Of a stretch of DNA of 32,000 bases, positions 18,525 to 29,088 are shown piece by piece. Under the pieces are notes generated by a model. The model ran no database searches, was not told the DNA's origin, and saw only the letters and a list, made by a program, of their open reading frames with translations. Location of the stretch: assembly GCF_001457615.1 (NCBI RefSeq), contig NZ_LN831024.1:1320001-1352000 (forward strand). Reading direction: 5' to 3'. This stretch comes from Pseudomonas aeruginosa (GTDB lineage: Bacteria; Pseudomonadota; Gammaproteobacteria; Pseudomonadales; Pseudomonadaceae). Positions within the stretch are counted from its first letter, which is position 1, and each line of letters begins with the position of its first letter. The translations under genes and the position numbers were made by a program.

Positions 18525-20144
18525 ATGACCGAGTACGCAACGACCCCTTCCTACACAGTGCCTGCGACCACGCCCCAGGAGGAGCGCAAGGTGATCTTCG
18601 CCTCCTCGCTGGGCACGGTCTTCGAGTGGTACGACTTCTTCCTCTACGGCGCCCTGGCGGCGGTGATCAGCAAGCAGTTCTTCGCCGGCGTCAACGACAC
18701 CACGGCCTTCATCTTCGCCCTGATGGCCTTCGCCGCCGGCTTCCTGGTGCGGCCCTTCGGCGCGCTGGTGTTCGGCCGCCTGGGCGACATGATCGGGCGC
18801 AAGTACACCTTCCTGGTGACCATCCTGTTGATGGGGTTGTCGACCTTCGCTGTCGGCCTGCTGCCCACCTATGCCTCGATCGGGGTCGCCGCGCCGATCA
18901 TCCTGGTCACCTTGCGCATGCTCCAGGGCCTGGCCCTGGGCGGCGAGTACGGCGGCGCGGCGATCTATGTCGCCGAGCACGCCCCGGCGAACAAGCGCGG
19001 TAGCTACACCAGTTGGATCCAGTCCACCGCGACCCTCGGCCTGTTGCTCTCGCTGCTGGTGATCCTGGCCTGTCGCCAGTTGACCGGCGACGAGTTCGAG
19101 ACCTGGGGCTGGCGCCTGCCATTCCTGCTGTCCATCGTCCTGCTGGGCATCTCCACCTGGATCCGCCTGTCCATGCGCGAGTCGCCGGCGTTCCTCAAGA
19201 TGAAGGCCGAGGGCAAGGTCAGCAAGGCGCCGCTGCGCGAGTCCTTCACCCAGTGGGGCAACCTGAAGGTGGTGCTGACCGCGCTGTTCAGCATCAATGC
19301 CGGCCAGGCGGTGACCTTCTACACGGCGCAGTTCTACGTGCTGTTCTTCCTTACCCAGGTGCTCAAGGTCGATGGCGGCACCGCCAACGGTCTGCTGATC
19401 GTCGCCCTGGTGCTTGGCGCGCCGTTCTTCATCGTCGCCGGCTGGCTGTCCGACCGCATCGGCCGCAAGCCGGTGCTGCTGGCCGGACTGTTGCTCGCCA
19501 CGCTGTTCTACTTCCCGCTGTTCAAGGGCCTGACCCACTACGCCAACCCGGCCATCGACCAGGCCAGCCGGCAGTCGCCGATCAGCGTGGTGGCCGACCC
19601 GGCGACCTGCACTTTCCAGTTCGACCCGGTAGGCAAGGCGACCTTCGACAGCCCCTGCGACAAGGTCAAGACCTTCCTGGTCAAGGCCGGCCTGCCCTAC
19701 TCGACGGTGGCGGCGCCCGCCGGCAGCGACGTCAGGGTGCGGATCGGCGAGACCGAGATCGCCGGCTTCGACGCCGAAGCGATGGCGGCCGCGGTGAAGA
19801 CGGCAGGCTATCCGCAGCAGGCCGACGGCAGCCAGGTGAACAAGCCGATGGTGATCGCCATCATCTTCGCCCTGGTACTGATCTCCACCCTCTGCTACGG
19901 CCCGCTGGCGGCGCTGATGGTCGAACTGTTCCCGACCCGCATCCGCTATTCCTCGCTGTCCCTGCCGTACCACATCGGCAATGGCTGGTTCGGCGGCTTC
20001 CTGCCCACGGTCTCGTTCGCCCTGGTGGTGTACACCGGCGACATCTTCTACGGCCTCTGGTATCCGGTGCTGATCACCGGCGGTAGCCTGGTCTGCGCCT
20101 TGCTGTTCCTCCGCGAAACCCGCCATACCGACATCCACCGGTGA
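18525..20144 (+). CDS. MHS-family MFS transporter (metabolite:H+ symporter, ProP/KgtP-like; 539 aa)
   Basis: GTVFEWYDFFLYGALAAVISKQFFAG...VRPFGALVFGRLGDMIGRKYTF...GGEYGGAAIYVAEHAPANKRGSYTSWIQ. Contains an extra hydrophilic segment of about 90 aa in the C-terminal half. Confidence 0.93.
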   Translation: MTEYATTPSYTVPATTPQEERKVIFASSLGTVFEWYDFFLYGALAAVISKQFFAGVNDTTAFIFALMAFAAGFLVRPFGALVFGRLGDMIGRKYTFLVTILLMGLSTFAVGLLPTYASIGVAAPIILVTLRMLQGLALGGEYGGAAIYVAEHAPANKRGSYTSWIQSTATLGLLLSLLVILACRQLTGDEFETWGWRLPFLLSIVLLGISTWIRLSMRESPAFLKMKAEGKVSKAPLRESFTQWGNLKVVLTALFSINAGQAVTFYTAQFYVLFFLTQVLKVDGGTANGLLIVALVLGAPFFIVAGWLSDRIGRKPVLLAGLLLATLFYFPLFKGLTHYANPAIDQASRQSPISVVADPATCTFQFDPVGKATFDSPCDKVKTFLVKAGLPYSTVAAPAGSDVRVRIGETEIAGFDAEAMAAAVKTAGYPQQADGSQVNKPMVIAIIFALVLISTLCYGPLAALMVELFPTRIRYSSLSLPYHIGNGWFGGFLPTVSFALVVYTGDIFYGLWYPVLITGGSLVCALLFLRETRHTDIHR

Positions 20145-20148
20145 AATC

Positions 20149-20179
20149 GCGCCCCGTTCCCGGCATGGGGACGGGGCGC
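20149..20179 (+). terminator. Strong GC hairpin directly after the MFS transporter stop (terminator-like, no T-tract)
   Basis: GCGCCCCGTTCCC-GGCATG-GGGACGGGGCGC, a 12-bp stem with one bulged T, starting 5 nt after the TGA. Confidence 0.5.
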
Positions 20180-20410
20180 ACATTCCCTCCGTGATGAGCC
20201 TGTCTTCTCAGAAAAGTCTGGCTTGCCAGTTTTCTTTCTTTGTCTTTCTGCCACACTTCTGGCGTCAAAAAACGCCTTTCCAGCGCCTACAATAGCGGGA
20301 AAACCCTATGGCGCTGCTTGCCGGTGCCGGGGACGGCCTATACAGTCCGCGCGATTGACGGGCCGTTGTGGCGGCAGGAACGAATCCGGACTCGAGTCTT
20401 GGGGAAAAAT

Positions 20411-22039
20411 GTGAAGAACTGGACTGTTCGCCAGCGAATCCTGGCAAGTTTCGCCGTGATCATCGCGATCATGCTGCTGATGGCCGCTACTGCGTACGTG
20501 AAGATGTTGACGGTGGAAAAGGGCGCCTACCGTGTCCAGGACGACGCCATGCCGGGGATGTACTTCATCACGCTGGTACGCAGTTCGTGGACCGACAACT
20601 ACTTGCAGACCCAGGAACTGTTCGGCATCACCGACGACCACGAGCTGAGCAAGGCCGAGGCCGACAGTATCCTCGCCAGCGAGGAGCGCCTGGACCAGCA
20701 GATCGCCTCCTACCAGAAGACCATGAACCCGGACGAGGCCCGCGACCACGAGTTGCTCGCCGGTTTCCAGGCCGTGCGCAAGAACTACCTGGAGCAGCAC
20801 GACAAGGTGCTCGAGCTTTACCGCGAGAAGCGCTTCGAGGAAGCCGGCAAGCTCGTCGCCGGCCCGTTGACCGAGCACTGGCGCGAGGGCCGCAAGTACC
20901 TCAACGAGATGATCGAGCTGAACAAGGACATCGCCGACCGCGCCTCGGACAACATCGTAAACGCGGTGGACGATGCCGAACTGAGCATGCTGGTGACCCT
21001 GCTGCTGGCGGTGGTGGTAGCCGGCATCTGCGGGTTCCTGCTGTTGCGGGCGATCACCCAGCCGATCCAGAAGATCGTCCGCAGCCTCGACCTGATGGCC
21101 GGTGGCGACCTCACCGCACGCCTGAACCTCGGCCGGCGTGACGAATTCGGCGCCATCGAGACCGGTTTCAACGGCATGGCCGAAGAGCTCAAGGGCCTGG
21201 TGTCGCAGGCCCAGCGTTCTTCGGTGCAGGTCACCACCTCGGTCACCGAGATCGCCGCGACCTCCAAGCAGCAGCAGGCCACCGCCACCGAAACCGCCGC
21301 GACCACCACGGAGATCGGCGCCACTTCTCGCGAGATCGCCGCCACCTCGCGCGACCTGGTGCGGACCATGAGCGAAGTCTCCGGCGCCGCCGAGCAGACT
21401 TCGACCCTGGCCGGTTCCGGCCAGTTGGGCCTGGCGCGCATGGAGGAAACCATGCACCACGTGATGGGTGCGGCCGACCTGGTCAACGCCAAGCTGGCGA
21501 TCCTCAACGAGAAGGCCGGCAACATCAACCAGGTGGTCACCACCATCGTCAAGGTCGCCGACCAGACCAACCTGCTCTCGCTGAACGCCGCCATCGAGGC
21601 GGAGAAAGCCGGCGAGTACGGCCGCGGGTTCGCCGTGGTGGCCACCGAGGTGCGCCGGCTGGCGGACCAGACCGCGGTCGCCACCTACGACATCGAGCAG
21701 ATGGTGCGCGAGATCCAGTCGGCGGTATCGGCCGGGGTGATGGGCATGGACAAGTTCTCCGAGGAGGTCCGCCGCGGTATCGCCGAGGTCGGCCAGGTCG
21801 GCGAGCAACTGTCGCAGATCATCCAGCAGGTGCAGGCGCTGGCGCCGCGGGTGCAGATGGTCAACGAGGGTATGCAGGCCCAGGCTACCGGTGCCGAGCA
21901 GATCAACCAGGCGCTGGTGCAACTGGGCGAGGCCACCGGGCAGACCGTGGAGTCGCTGCGCCAGGCCAGCTTCGCCATCGATGAGCTGAACCTGGTGGCG
22001 AACGGGCTGCGCAACGGCGTATCCCGCTTCAAAGTCTGA
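20411..22039 (+). CDS. wspA: WspA, membrane-bound methyl-accepting chemotaxis-type sensor (542 aa, GTG start)
   Basis: TM1, periplasmic four-helix domain, TM2 ([24 protein letters not shown]), HAMP, MCP signalling hairpin ([44 protein letters not shown]). First gene of the wsp cluster. Confidence 0.95.
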   Translation: MKNWTVRQRILASFAVIIAIMLLMAATAYVKMLTVEKGAYRVQDDAMPGMYFITLVRSSWTDNYLQTQELFGITDDHELSKAEADSILASEERLDQQIASYQKTMNPDEARDHELLAGFQAVRKNYLEQHDKVLELYREKRFEEAGKLVAGPLTEHWREGRKYLNEMIELNKDIADRASDNIVNAVDDAELSMLVTLLLAVVVAGICGFLLLRAITQPIQKIVRSLDLMAGGDLTARLNLGRRDEFGAIETGFNGMAEELKGLVSQAQRSSVQVTTSVTEIAATSKQQQATATETAATTTEIGATSREIAATSRDLVRTMSEVSGAAEQTSTLAGSGQLGLARMEETMHHVMGAADLVNAKLAILNEKAGNINQVVTTIVKVADQTNLLSLNAAIEAEKAGEYGRGFAVVATEVRRLADQTAVATYDIEQMVREIQSAVSAGVMGMDKFSEEVRRGIAEVGQVGEQLSQIIQQVQALAPRVQMVNEGMQAQATGAEQINQALVQLGEATGQTVESLRQASFAIDELNLVANGLRNGVSRFKV

Positions 22040-22043
22040 GGCT

Positions 22044-22559
22044 GTGACCGTGTCCCGCTCCACCGGCGATCATCGACGCACCAGCAAGCTGTTCCTGCTG
22101 TTCCGCATGGAAGGCGACCGCTATGCCCTGGATGCCCGCGAAGTGGTCGAAGTGCTGCCGCTGCTGCGCCTGAAGCGCATTCCGGAGGCGCCGGAATGGG
22201 TCGCCGGGGTGTTCTCCCATCGCGGCGTCCTGGTCCCGGTGCTCGACCTCTGCGCAATGGCCTTCGGCCGCGCGGCGCTGGCCCGCACCAGCACGCGCAT
22301 CGTGCTGGTCGAATACCGCGCCCGCCAGGACCGGGAGCCGGTCTGGCTCGGACTGATCCTCGAACAGGCCACCGATACCCTGCGCTGCGAACCGTCGGCG
22401 TTCCGCGACTATGGCCTGGACAACGGCGGGGCCCGCTATCTCGGTCCGGTCTATGAAGGACCACGGGGACTGGTGCAATGGGTGCGGGTCGAGGCATTGC
22501 TGCCCGACGAAGTGCGCGCCCTGCTGTTCCCGCCGGAGTGCGGCGAGGGGACGGCATGA
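22044..22559 (+). CDS. wspB: WspB, CheW-like coupling protein (about 171 aa; GTG start, alternative GTG at 22050)
   Basis: LFLLFRMEGDRYALDAREVVEVLPLLRLKRIPEAPEWVAGVFSHRGVLVPVLDL, CheW fold; downstream of wspA. Confidence 0.93.
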   Translation: MTVSRSTGDHRRTSKLFLLFRMEGDRYALDAREVVEVLPLLRLKRIPEAPEWVAGVFSHRGVLVPVLDLCAMAFGRAALARTSTRIVLVEYRARQDREPVWLGLILEQATDTLRCEPSAFRDYGLDNGGARYLGPVYEGPRGLVQWVRVEALLPDEVRALLFPPECGEGTA

Positions 22560-23824
22560 ACGATCGCTTCGAACGCCTGCTCAAGAGCAGGATCGGCCTG
22601 GATGCCAGCTCGGTGGGCAGCGCGGTGATCGAGCGCGCGGTACGCCAGCGCATGAGCGGCCTCGCGCTGCACGACGAGGACGAATACTGGATGCGCCTGA
22701 ACGGCTCGCCGGGCGAGGTGCAGGCGCTGATCGAAGCGGTGGTGGTGCCGGAGACCTGGTTCTTCCGCTACCCGGAGTCGTTCACCACCCTCGCCAGGCT
22801 GGCCTTCGAGCGCCTGCCGAGCCTGGGCGGCGGACGCGCGCTAAGGATCCTCAGCCTGCCCTGTTCCACCGGCGAGGAGCCGTATTCCATCGTCATGGCC
22901 TTGCTCGATGCCGGGCTCTCCGAGTACCTGTTCGAGGTCGACGCCCTCGACGTCAGCGCTCGGGTGATCGAGCGCGCCAGCCTCGGGGTGTACGGCAGGA
23001 ATTCCTTTCGCGGCGATGAACTGGGGTTTCGCGACCGCCATTTCAGCGAGGTTGCCGATGGCTACCAGTTGGCCGAGCAGGTTCGCCGCAAGGTGCGCTT
23101 CCGCTGCGGCAATTTGCTCGATCCCGGGCTACTGGCGGGCGAGGCACCCTACGATTTCGTGTTCTGTCGCAACCTGCTGATCTATTTCGACCGCCCGACC
23201 CAGAGCGAGGTGGTCGAGGTGCTCAAGCGCCTGTTGCGGCCGGACGGCGCGATGTTCATCGGACCAGCCGAGGCGAGCCTGCTCAGCCAGCATGGCATGC
23301 AGCCGATCGGCGTGCCGCTGTCTTTCGTGTTCCGCCGGACCAGCGAGGCGCCCCGCGGCGCGCGGCCCAAAGCGGTGAGCGACGGAGCGCGCCCGGTCGT
23401 TGCCGCCGCCGTGGAGCGTGCGAGTATTCGGCCTTCGCCGCCGCCACCGGCGAAACCGCGCCAGCGGCTGTCCAGCCTGGTTCCGCCAGCCAGCGGCCAG
23501 CCCCTCGCCAGTCCCGTCGGCGAATTCGACGAAATCGCCCGCCTGGCGGATGCCGGCCAGCACCGCGAGGCGCGCGCCGCCTGCGAGCGCCAACTGGCCG
23601 CGCGTGGGCCGTCGGCCACGGTCTTCTACTGGCTCGGGCTGCTCAGCGATGTCGCCGGGCAGGAGCAGGAAGCCCAGGATTTCTACCGCAAGGCCCTGTA
23701 CCTGGAGCCGCAGCACGCCGAGGCGCTGGCGCACCTGGCGGCGCTGCTCGCCGCTCGCGGCGACCATGCCGGCGCCCGGCGCCTGCAGCAACGTGCGGCC
23801 CGTGGAGTGAACAAAGATGGTTGA
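22556..23824 (+). CDS. wspC: WspC, CheR-like methyltransferase with C-terminal TPR (422 aa)
   Basis: ATG 22556 overlaps the wspB stop (ATGA). VPETWFFRYPESF; RILSLPCSTGEEPYSIVMAL; FCRNLLIYFD; C-terminal TPR (ATVFYWLGLLSDVAGQEQEAQDFYRKALYLEPQHAEALAHLAAL). Confidence 0.95.
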   Translation: MNDRFERLLKSRIGLDASSVGSAVIERAVRQRMSGLALHDEDEYWMRLNGSPGEVQALIEAVVVPETWFFRYPESFTTLARLAFERLPSLGGGRALRILSLPCSTGEEPYSIVMALLDAGLSEYLFEVDALDVSARVIERASLGVYGRNSFRGDELGFRDRHFSEVADGYQLAEQVRRKVRFRCGNLLDPGLLAGEAPYDFVFCRNLLIYFDRPTQSEVVEVLKRLLRPDGAMFIGPAEASLLSQHGMQPIGVPLSFVFRRTSEAPRGARPKAVSDGARPVVAAAVERASIRPSPPPPAKPRQRLSSLVPPASGQPLASPVGEFDEIARLADAGQHREARAACERQLAARGPSATVFYWLGLLSDVAGQEQEAQDFYRKALYLEPQHAEALAHLAALLAARGDHAGARRLQQRAARGVNKDG

Positions 23825-24506
23825 GGCGAGCCTGACCTTGCTCGATACCCAACAGGTGGATGACTGCTGGAACCGCATCGGCGTGCATGGCGACAAGTCC
23901 TGCGAACGCCTGGCCGAGCATGTCCATTGCCGCAACTGCGAGGTTTACGCTGCCGCGGCGACCTACTTGCTGGACCGCATCGCCCTGCGCCAGGACCAGC
24001 TCGACAGCGCCGAAACGATGGACAGCCAGCGCGAACAGAGCGACCTCGGCGAGACGCGTTCGATCCTGGTGTTCCGCCTGGGCGAAGAGTGGTTCGGCCT
24101 GGCCACCGGCAGCCTGGTGGAAGTGGCGCCGATGAATCCTATCCATTCCCTGCCGCACCAGCGCTCGCGCGCCCTGCAAGGGGTGACCAACGTGCGCGGC
24201 GCGCTGGTCGCCTGCCTTTCCCTCGGCGAACTGCTGGATCTCGAACCCGGCGCCGCGCCGGTCAGCGAGCGACGGGTAGTTCCGCGCATGCTGATCATTT
24301 CCGCCGCCGGCGGTCCGGTGGTGGCGCCGGTGGAGGAAGTCGACGGCATCCATGCGATTCCGCTGGCGCGGATACTGCCGCCCAACCACGCCGACGGCCA
24401 GGCCTCGCGCCGGCACGTGGCCGGCGTGCTGCAATGGCGCGAGCGGAGCATCACCCTGCTCGACGAAGGCCCTCTCCTGCAAGCCGTAGCGCGGAGCCTG
24501 GCATGA
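23817..24506 (+). CDS. wspD: WspD, CheW-like coupling protein (229 aa)
   Basis: ILVFRLGEEWFGLATGSLVEVAPMNPIHSLPHQRSRALQGVTNVRGALVACLSLGELL; overlaps the 3' end of wspC and the 5' end of the next gene. Confidence 0.93.
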   Translation: MVEASLTLLDTQQVDDCWNRIGVHGDKSCERLAEHVHCRNCEVYAAAATYLLDRIALRQDQLDSAETMDSQREQSDLGETRSILVFRLGEEWFGLATGSLVEVAPMNPIHSLPHQRSRALQGVTNVRGALVACLSLGELLDLEPGAAPVSERRVVPRMLIISAAGGPVVAPVEEVDGIHAIPLARILPPNHADGQASRRHVAGVLQWRERSITLLDEGPLLQAVARSLA

Positions 24507-26811
24507 CCCCGGACCAGATGAGAGACGCGTCGCTGCTCGAGCTGTTCCGGCTCGAGGCGGAGGCCCAGACCCAGGTGCTCAACGCCGGCCTGATGGCGCT
24601 GGAGCGCAGCCCGACCCAGGCCGACCAACTGGAAGCCTGCATGCGCGCCGCGCACTCGCTGAAAGGCGCGGCGCGTATCGTCGGGCTGGACGCCGGCGTG
24701 CGCGTGGCGCACGTCATGGAGGATTGCCTGGTGGAGGCGCAGGACGGACGCCTGCTCCTGCAATCGGAACATATCGATGCGTTGCTCCAGGGCTGCGACC
24801 TGTTGCTGCGTATCGGCACCCCGCCCGCCGGCGACGCAGGCTGGGCCGAAGGCGCCGGGCGGGAAGAGATCGACGGCCTGGTGCTGCGCCTCGAAGGCCT
24901 GGTGCGCAGCGGCCTGCCGCTGGCCCGCGCGGAGCTGCCGGCGACGACTCCCGGTCTGCCGGAAGCGGTCCCCGAGGCGCCGCCAGCGGCGTCAGCGGCC
25001 GCCAGCGACGACAACGACGAGGAGCCCGCCGGGCAGGCGGGCGGCGAACAGGCCGAGGAGCGCCGCAGCCGGGTCCTGCGGGTCACCGCCGAACGCCTGG
25101 ACAGGCTGCTGGATATCTCCAGCAAGTCGCTGGTGGAGTTCCAGCGCATCAAGCCGCTGGCCGATTCCCTGCAACGCCTGCGTCGCCTGCAGTCCAGCGC
25201 CAGCCGCGCGCTCGACGTGGTACGCGAGACGGTCCAGGAAACCGCCCTCGACCCGCAGGCCCAGGCCATGCTCGGCGAGGCGCGGCAACTGATTGGCGAA
25301 TGCCAGCAGATGCTGGTGCAGCACATCGCCGATCTCGACGAGTTCGCCTGGCAGGGCGGCCAGCGTGCCCAGGTGCTCTACGACGCGGCGCTGGCCTCGC
25401 GGATGCGGCCATTCGCCGACGTCCTTAGCGGCCAGGCGCGGATGGTTCGCGACCTGGGCCGCTCGCTGGGCAAGCAGGTGCGCCTGCTGGTCGAGGGCGA
25501 AAGCACCCAGGTCGACCGGGATGTCCTGGAAAAACTCGAAGCGCCGCTCACCCACCTGCTGCGCAATGCCGTCGATCACGGTATCGAGGCGCCGGAAACC
25601 CGCCTCGCCGCCGGCAAGCCGGCCGAGGGCAGGATCACCATCCGCGCCCGCCACCACGCCGGCATGCTGGTCCTGGAACTGAGCGACGACGGCGGCGGCA
25701 TCGATCTGCAGCGCCTGCGCGAGACCGTGCTCAATCGCCAGTTCGCCACCGCCGAGACCGTGGCGCAACTGAGCGAGGAGGAACTCCTGGCGTTTCTCTT
25801 CCTGCCCGGCTTCAGCATGCGCGAGCAGGTCACCGAGGTGTCCGGTCGCGGCGTCGGACTGGACGCCGTGCAGCACATGGTCCGCCAGTTGCGCGGCGGC
25901 GTGCGCATGGAGCAACGCCAGGGGCAGGGAGCGCTGTTTCACGTCGAGGTGCCGCTGACCCTGTCCGTGGTGCGCAGCCTGGTGGTGGAGATCGGCGAGG
26001 AGGCCTACGCCTTCCCGCTGGCGCACATCGAGCGCATGTGCGAGCTGGAAGCGGAGGAGATCGTCCAGCTCGAAGGTCGCCAGCACTTCTGGTACGAGGG
26101 TCGCCATGTCGGCCTGGTCTCGGCTGCGCAACTGCTGCAGCGGCCCGAGAGCAGCCGCACCGAAGGGGCCATCCCGGTAGTGGTGGTGCGCGACCGCGAT
26201 GCGGTCTACGGCGTCGCCGTGGAGCGTTTCGTCGGCGAGCGTACCCTGGTGGTGATGCCTCTCGATCCGCGCCTGGGCAAGGTGCGCGACGTTTCCGCCG
26301 GCGCCTTGCTGGACGACGGTTCGCCAGTGCTGATCCTGGACGTCGAGGACCTCCTGCATTCGGTCGGCAAGCTGCTCAGCAGCGGCCGCCTGGAGCGCAT
26401 CGATCGCAGCCGGCGGCAGGCCGGCGGGCGCAACGCAAGCGCATCCTGGTGGTCGACGACTCGCTCACGGTGCGTGAGCTGGAACGCAAGCTCCTGCTCG
26501 GCCGCGGCTACGACGTGGCAGTGGCGGTGGATGGCATGGACGGCTGGAACGCCCTGCGCTCGGAGCATTTCGACCTGCTCATCACCGATATCGACATGCC
26601 GCGCATGGACGGTATCGAACTGGTCACCCTGGTGCGTCGCGACAGCCGCCTGCAGTCGCTGCCGGTGATGGTGGTGTCCTACAAGGATCGTGAGGAGGAC
26701 CGTCGGCGCGGTCTCGACGCCGGCGCCGACTATTATCTGGCGAAGGCCAGTTTCCACGATGAGGCCTTGCTGGATGCCGTCGTCGTCCTGATCGGAGAAG
26801 CACAGGGTTGA
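24503..26811 (+). pseudogene. wspE: WspE, CheA-like histidine kinase with C-terminal receiver domain, DISRUPTED by a frameshift at about 26402-26437
   Basis: Frame +2 from ATG 24503 encodes HPt (CMRAAHSLKGAARI), CheA kinase (LRNAVDHGIEAPETR, SDDGGGIDLQRLRE, GRGVGLDAVQHMVRQLRGGVRMEQ) and CheW-like domains. It then runs into ...ERIDRSRRQAGGRNASASWWSTT... and stops at 26668. The receiver domain AQRKRILVVDDSLTVRELERKLLLGRGYDVAVAVDGMDGW...DLLITDIDMPRMDG...VMVVSYKDREEDRRRGLDAGADYYLAKASFHDEALLDAVVVLIGEAQG* lies in frame +1 ending at 26811. Confidence 0.88.
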
Positions 26812-27815
26812 GGATCGGAATCGTCAATGACATGCCGTTGGCCGTCGAGGCGCTGCGCCGCGCGCTGGCCTTCGAGCCGCAGCACCAGATCGTCTGGGTC
26901 GCCAGCAACGGTGCCGAGGCGGTGACCCAGTGCGCCGCCGATACGCCCGACGTGGTGCTGATGGACCTGCTCATGCCGGTGATGGACGGCGTCGAGGCAA
27001 CTCGTCGGATCATGGCGGAAAGTCCTTGCGCGATCGTGATTGTTACCGTCGATATCGAGCAGAATGTGCACCGGGTTTTCGAAGCGATGGGATATGGGGC
27101 GCTCGATGCGGTGAACACGCCGGCGCTGGGCATCGGCAACCCGCAAACGGCGGCGGCGCCGTTGTTGCGCAAGATTCAGAACGTCGGCTGGCTGATCGGC
27201 CAGCGCGATAACCGTGGCAAGGTCCAGGTGGTGCCGCCGAAGGCCGGCGGGGCGCGCCAGCGTCTGGTGGCGATCGGCGCCTCGGCTGGCGGTCCGGCGT
27301 CGCTCGCGGTGTTGCTCAAGCAACTGCCGGCCAGTTTCAATGCCGCAGTGGTGCTGGTGCAGCATGTCGACGAGGTATTCGCCGCCGGCATGGCCGAATG
27401 GCTGGCCAGCGAATCGAAGCTGCCGGTGCGCCTGGCGCGCGATGGCGAGCCGCCGATACCGGGGCAGATCCTGCTGGCGGGGACCAACAATCACATCCGC
27501 CTGCTGCGCAACGGTTCGCTGGTGTACACCGCCGAACCGCGTTCTTTCGTCTACCGGCCGTCCATCGACGTGTTTTTCGAGAGCGTGGCGAATTATTGGC
27601 GTGGCGATGCCGTGGGCGTGCTGCTGACCGGCATGGGCCGCGACGGCGCCCAGGGCCTCAAGCAGATGCGCGAGCGCGGTTTCCTCACCATCGCCCAGGA
27701 CCAGGCCAGTTGCGCAGTCTACGGGATGCCGAAGGCTGCGGCGGCGATCGATGCAGCGGTGCAGATCCTTTCCCTGGAAAAGATCGCCCCGCGCCTGGCG
27801 GAGGTATTCGATTAG
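26808..27815 (+). CDS. wspF: WspF, CheB-like methylesterase response regulator (335 aa, TTG start overlapping the wspE stop)
   Basis: REC MRIGIVNDMPLAVEALRRAL...DVVLMDLLMPVMDG; CheB domain VAIGASAGGPASLAVLLKQLP, LVQHVDEVFAAGMAEWLA, GVLLTGMGRDGAQGLKQMR. Intact. Confidence 0.96.
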   Translation: MRIGIVNDMPLAVEALRRALAFEPQHQIVWVASNGAEAVTQCAADTPDVVLMDLLMPVMDGVEATRRIMAESPCAIVIVTVDIEQNVHRVFEAMGYGALDAVNTPALGIGNPQTAAAPLLRKIQNVGWLIGQRDNRGKVQVVPPKAGGARQRLVAIGASAGGPASLAVLLKQLPASFNAAVVLVQHVDEVFAAGMAEWLASESKLPVRLARDGEPPIPGQILLAGTNNHIRLLRNGSLVYTAEPRSFVYRPSIDVFFESVANYWRGDAVGVLLTGMGRDGAQGLKQMRERGFLTIAQDQASCAVYGMPKAAAAIDAAVQILSLEKIAPRLAEVFD

Positions 27816-27847
27816 CCGGGTTCGACTCCGGCCAGGCGCCAGGGTAG

Positions 27848-28966
<1,119 letters not shown>

Positions 28967-29088
28967 GCGGCGCGCGGCGGCCATGCGTCGCCGGCCGGCA
29001 TTAAATAGAGGCCGGCGTACTGCCTGTGGGGCGCAAGTGCAGTATACTTCGCAGCTTTTCGACGTTTTCCCGCGAGTGAGCGCCAGCC

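Noticed and set aside
18423-20183. Minus-strand ORF of 586 aa opposite the MHS transporter
   Set aside because: Antisense shadow ORF with low-complexity A/G/H/Q composition; the plus strand is clearly a transporter.
20306-22063. Minus-strand ORF of 585 aa opposite wspA
   Set aside because: Antisense of a strongly supported MCP gene; no domain signal.
26402-26437. Programmed ribosomal frameshifting in wspE as an explanation for the frame change
   Set aside because: No obvious slippery heptamer, adjacent stop codon or stimulatory element was seen. Deletion or sequence error is simpler. Not formally excluded; a frameshift reporter would test it.
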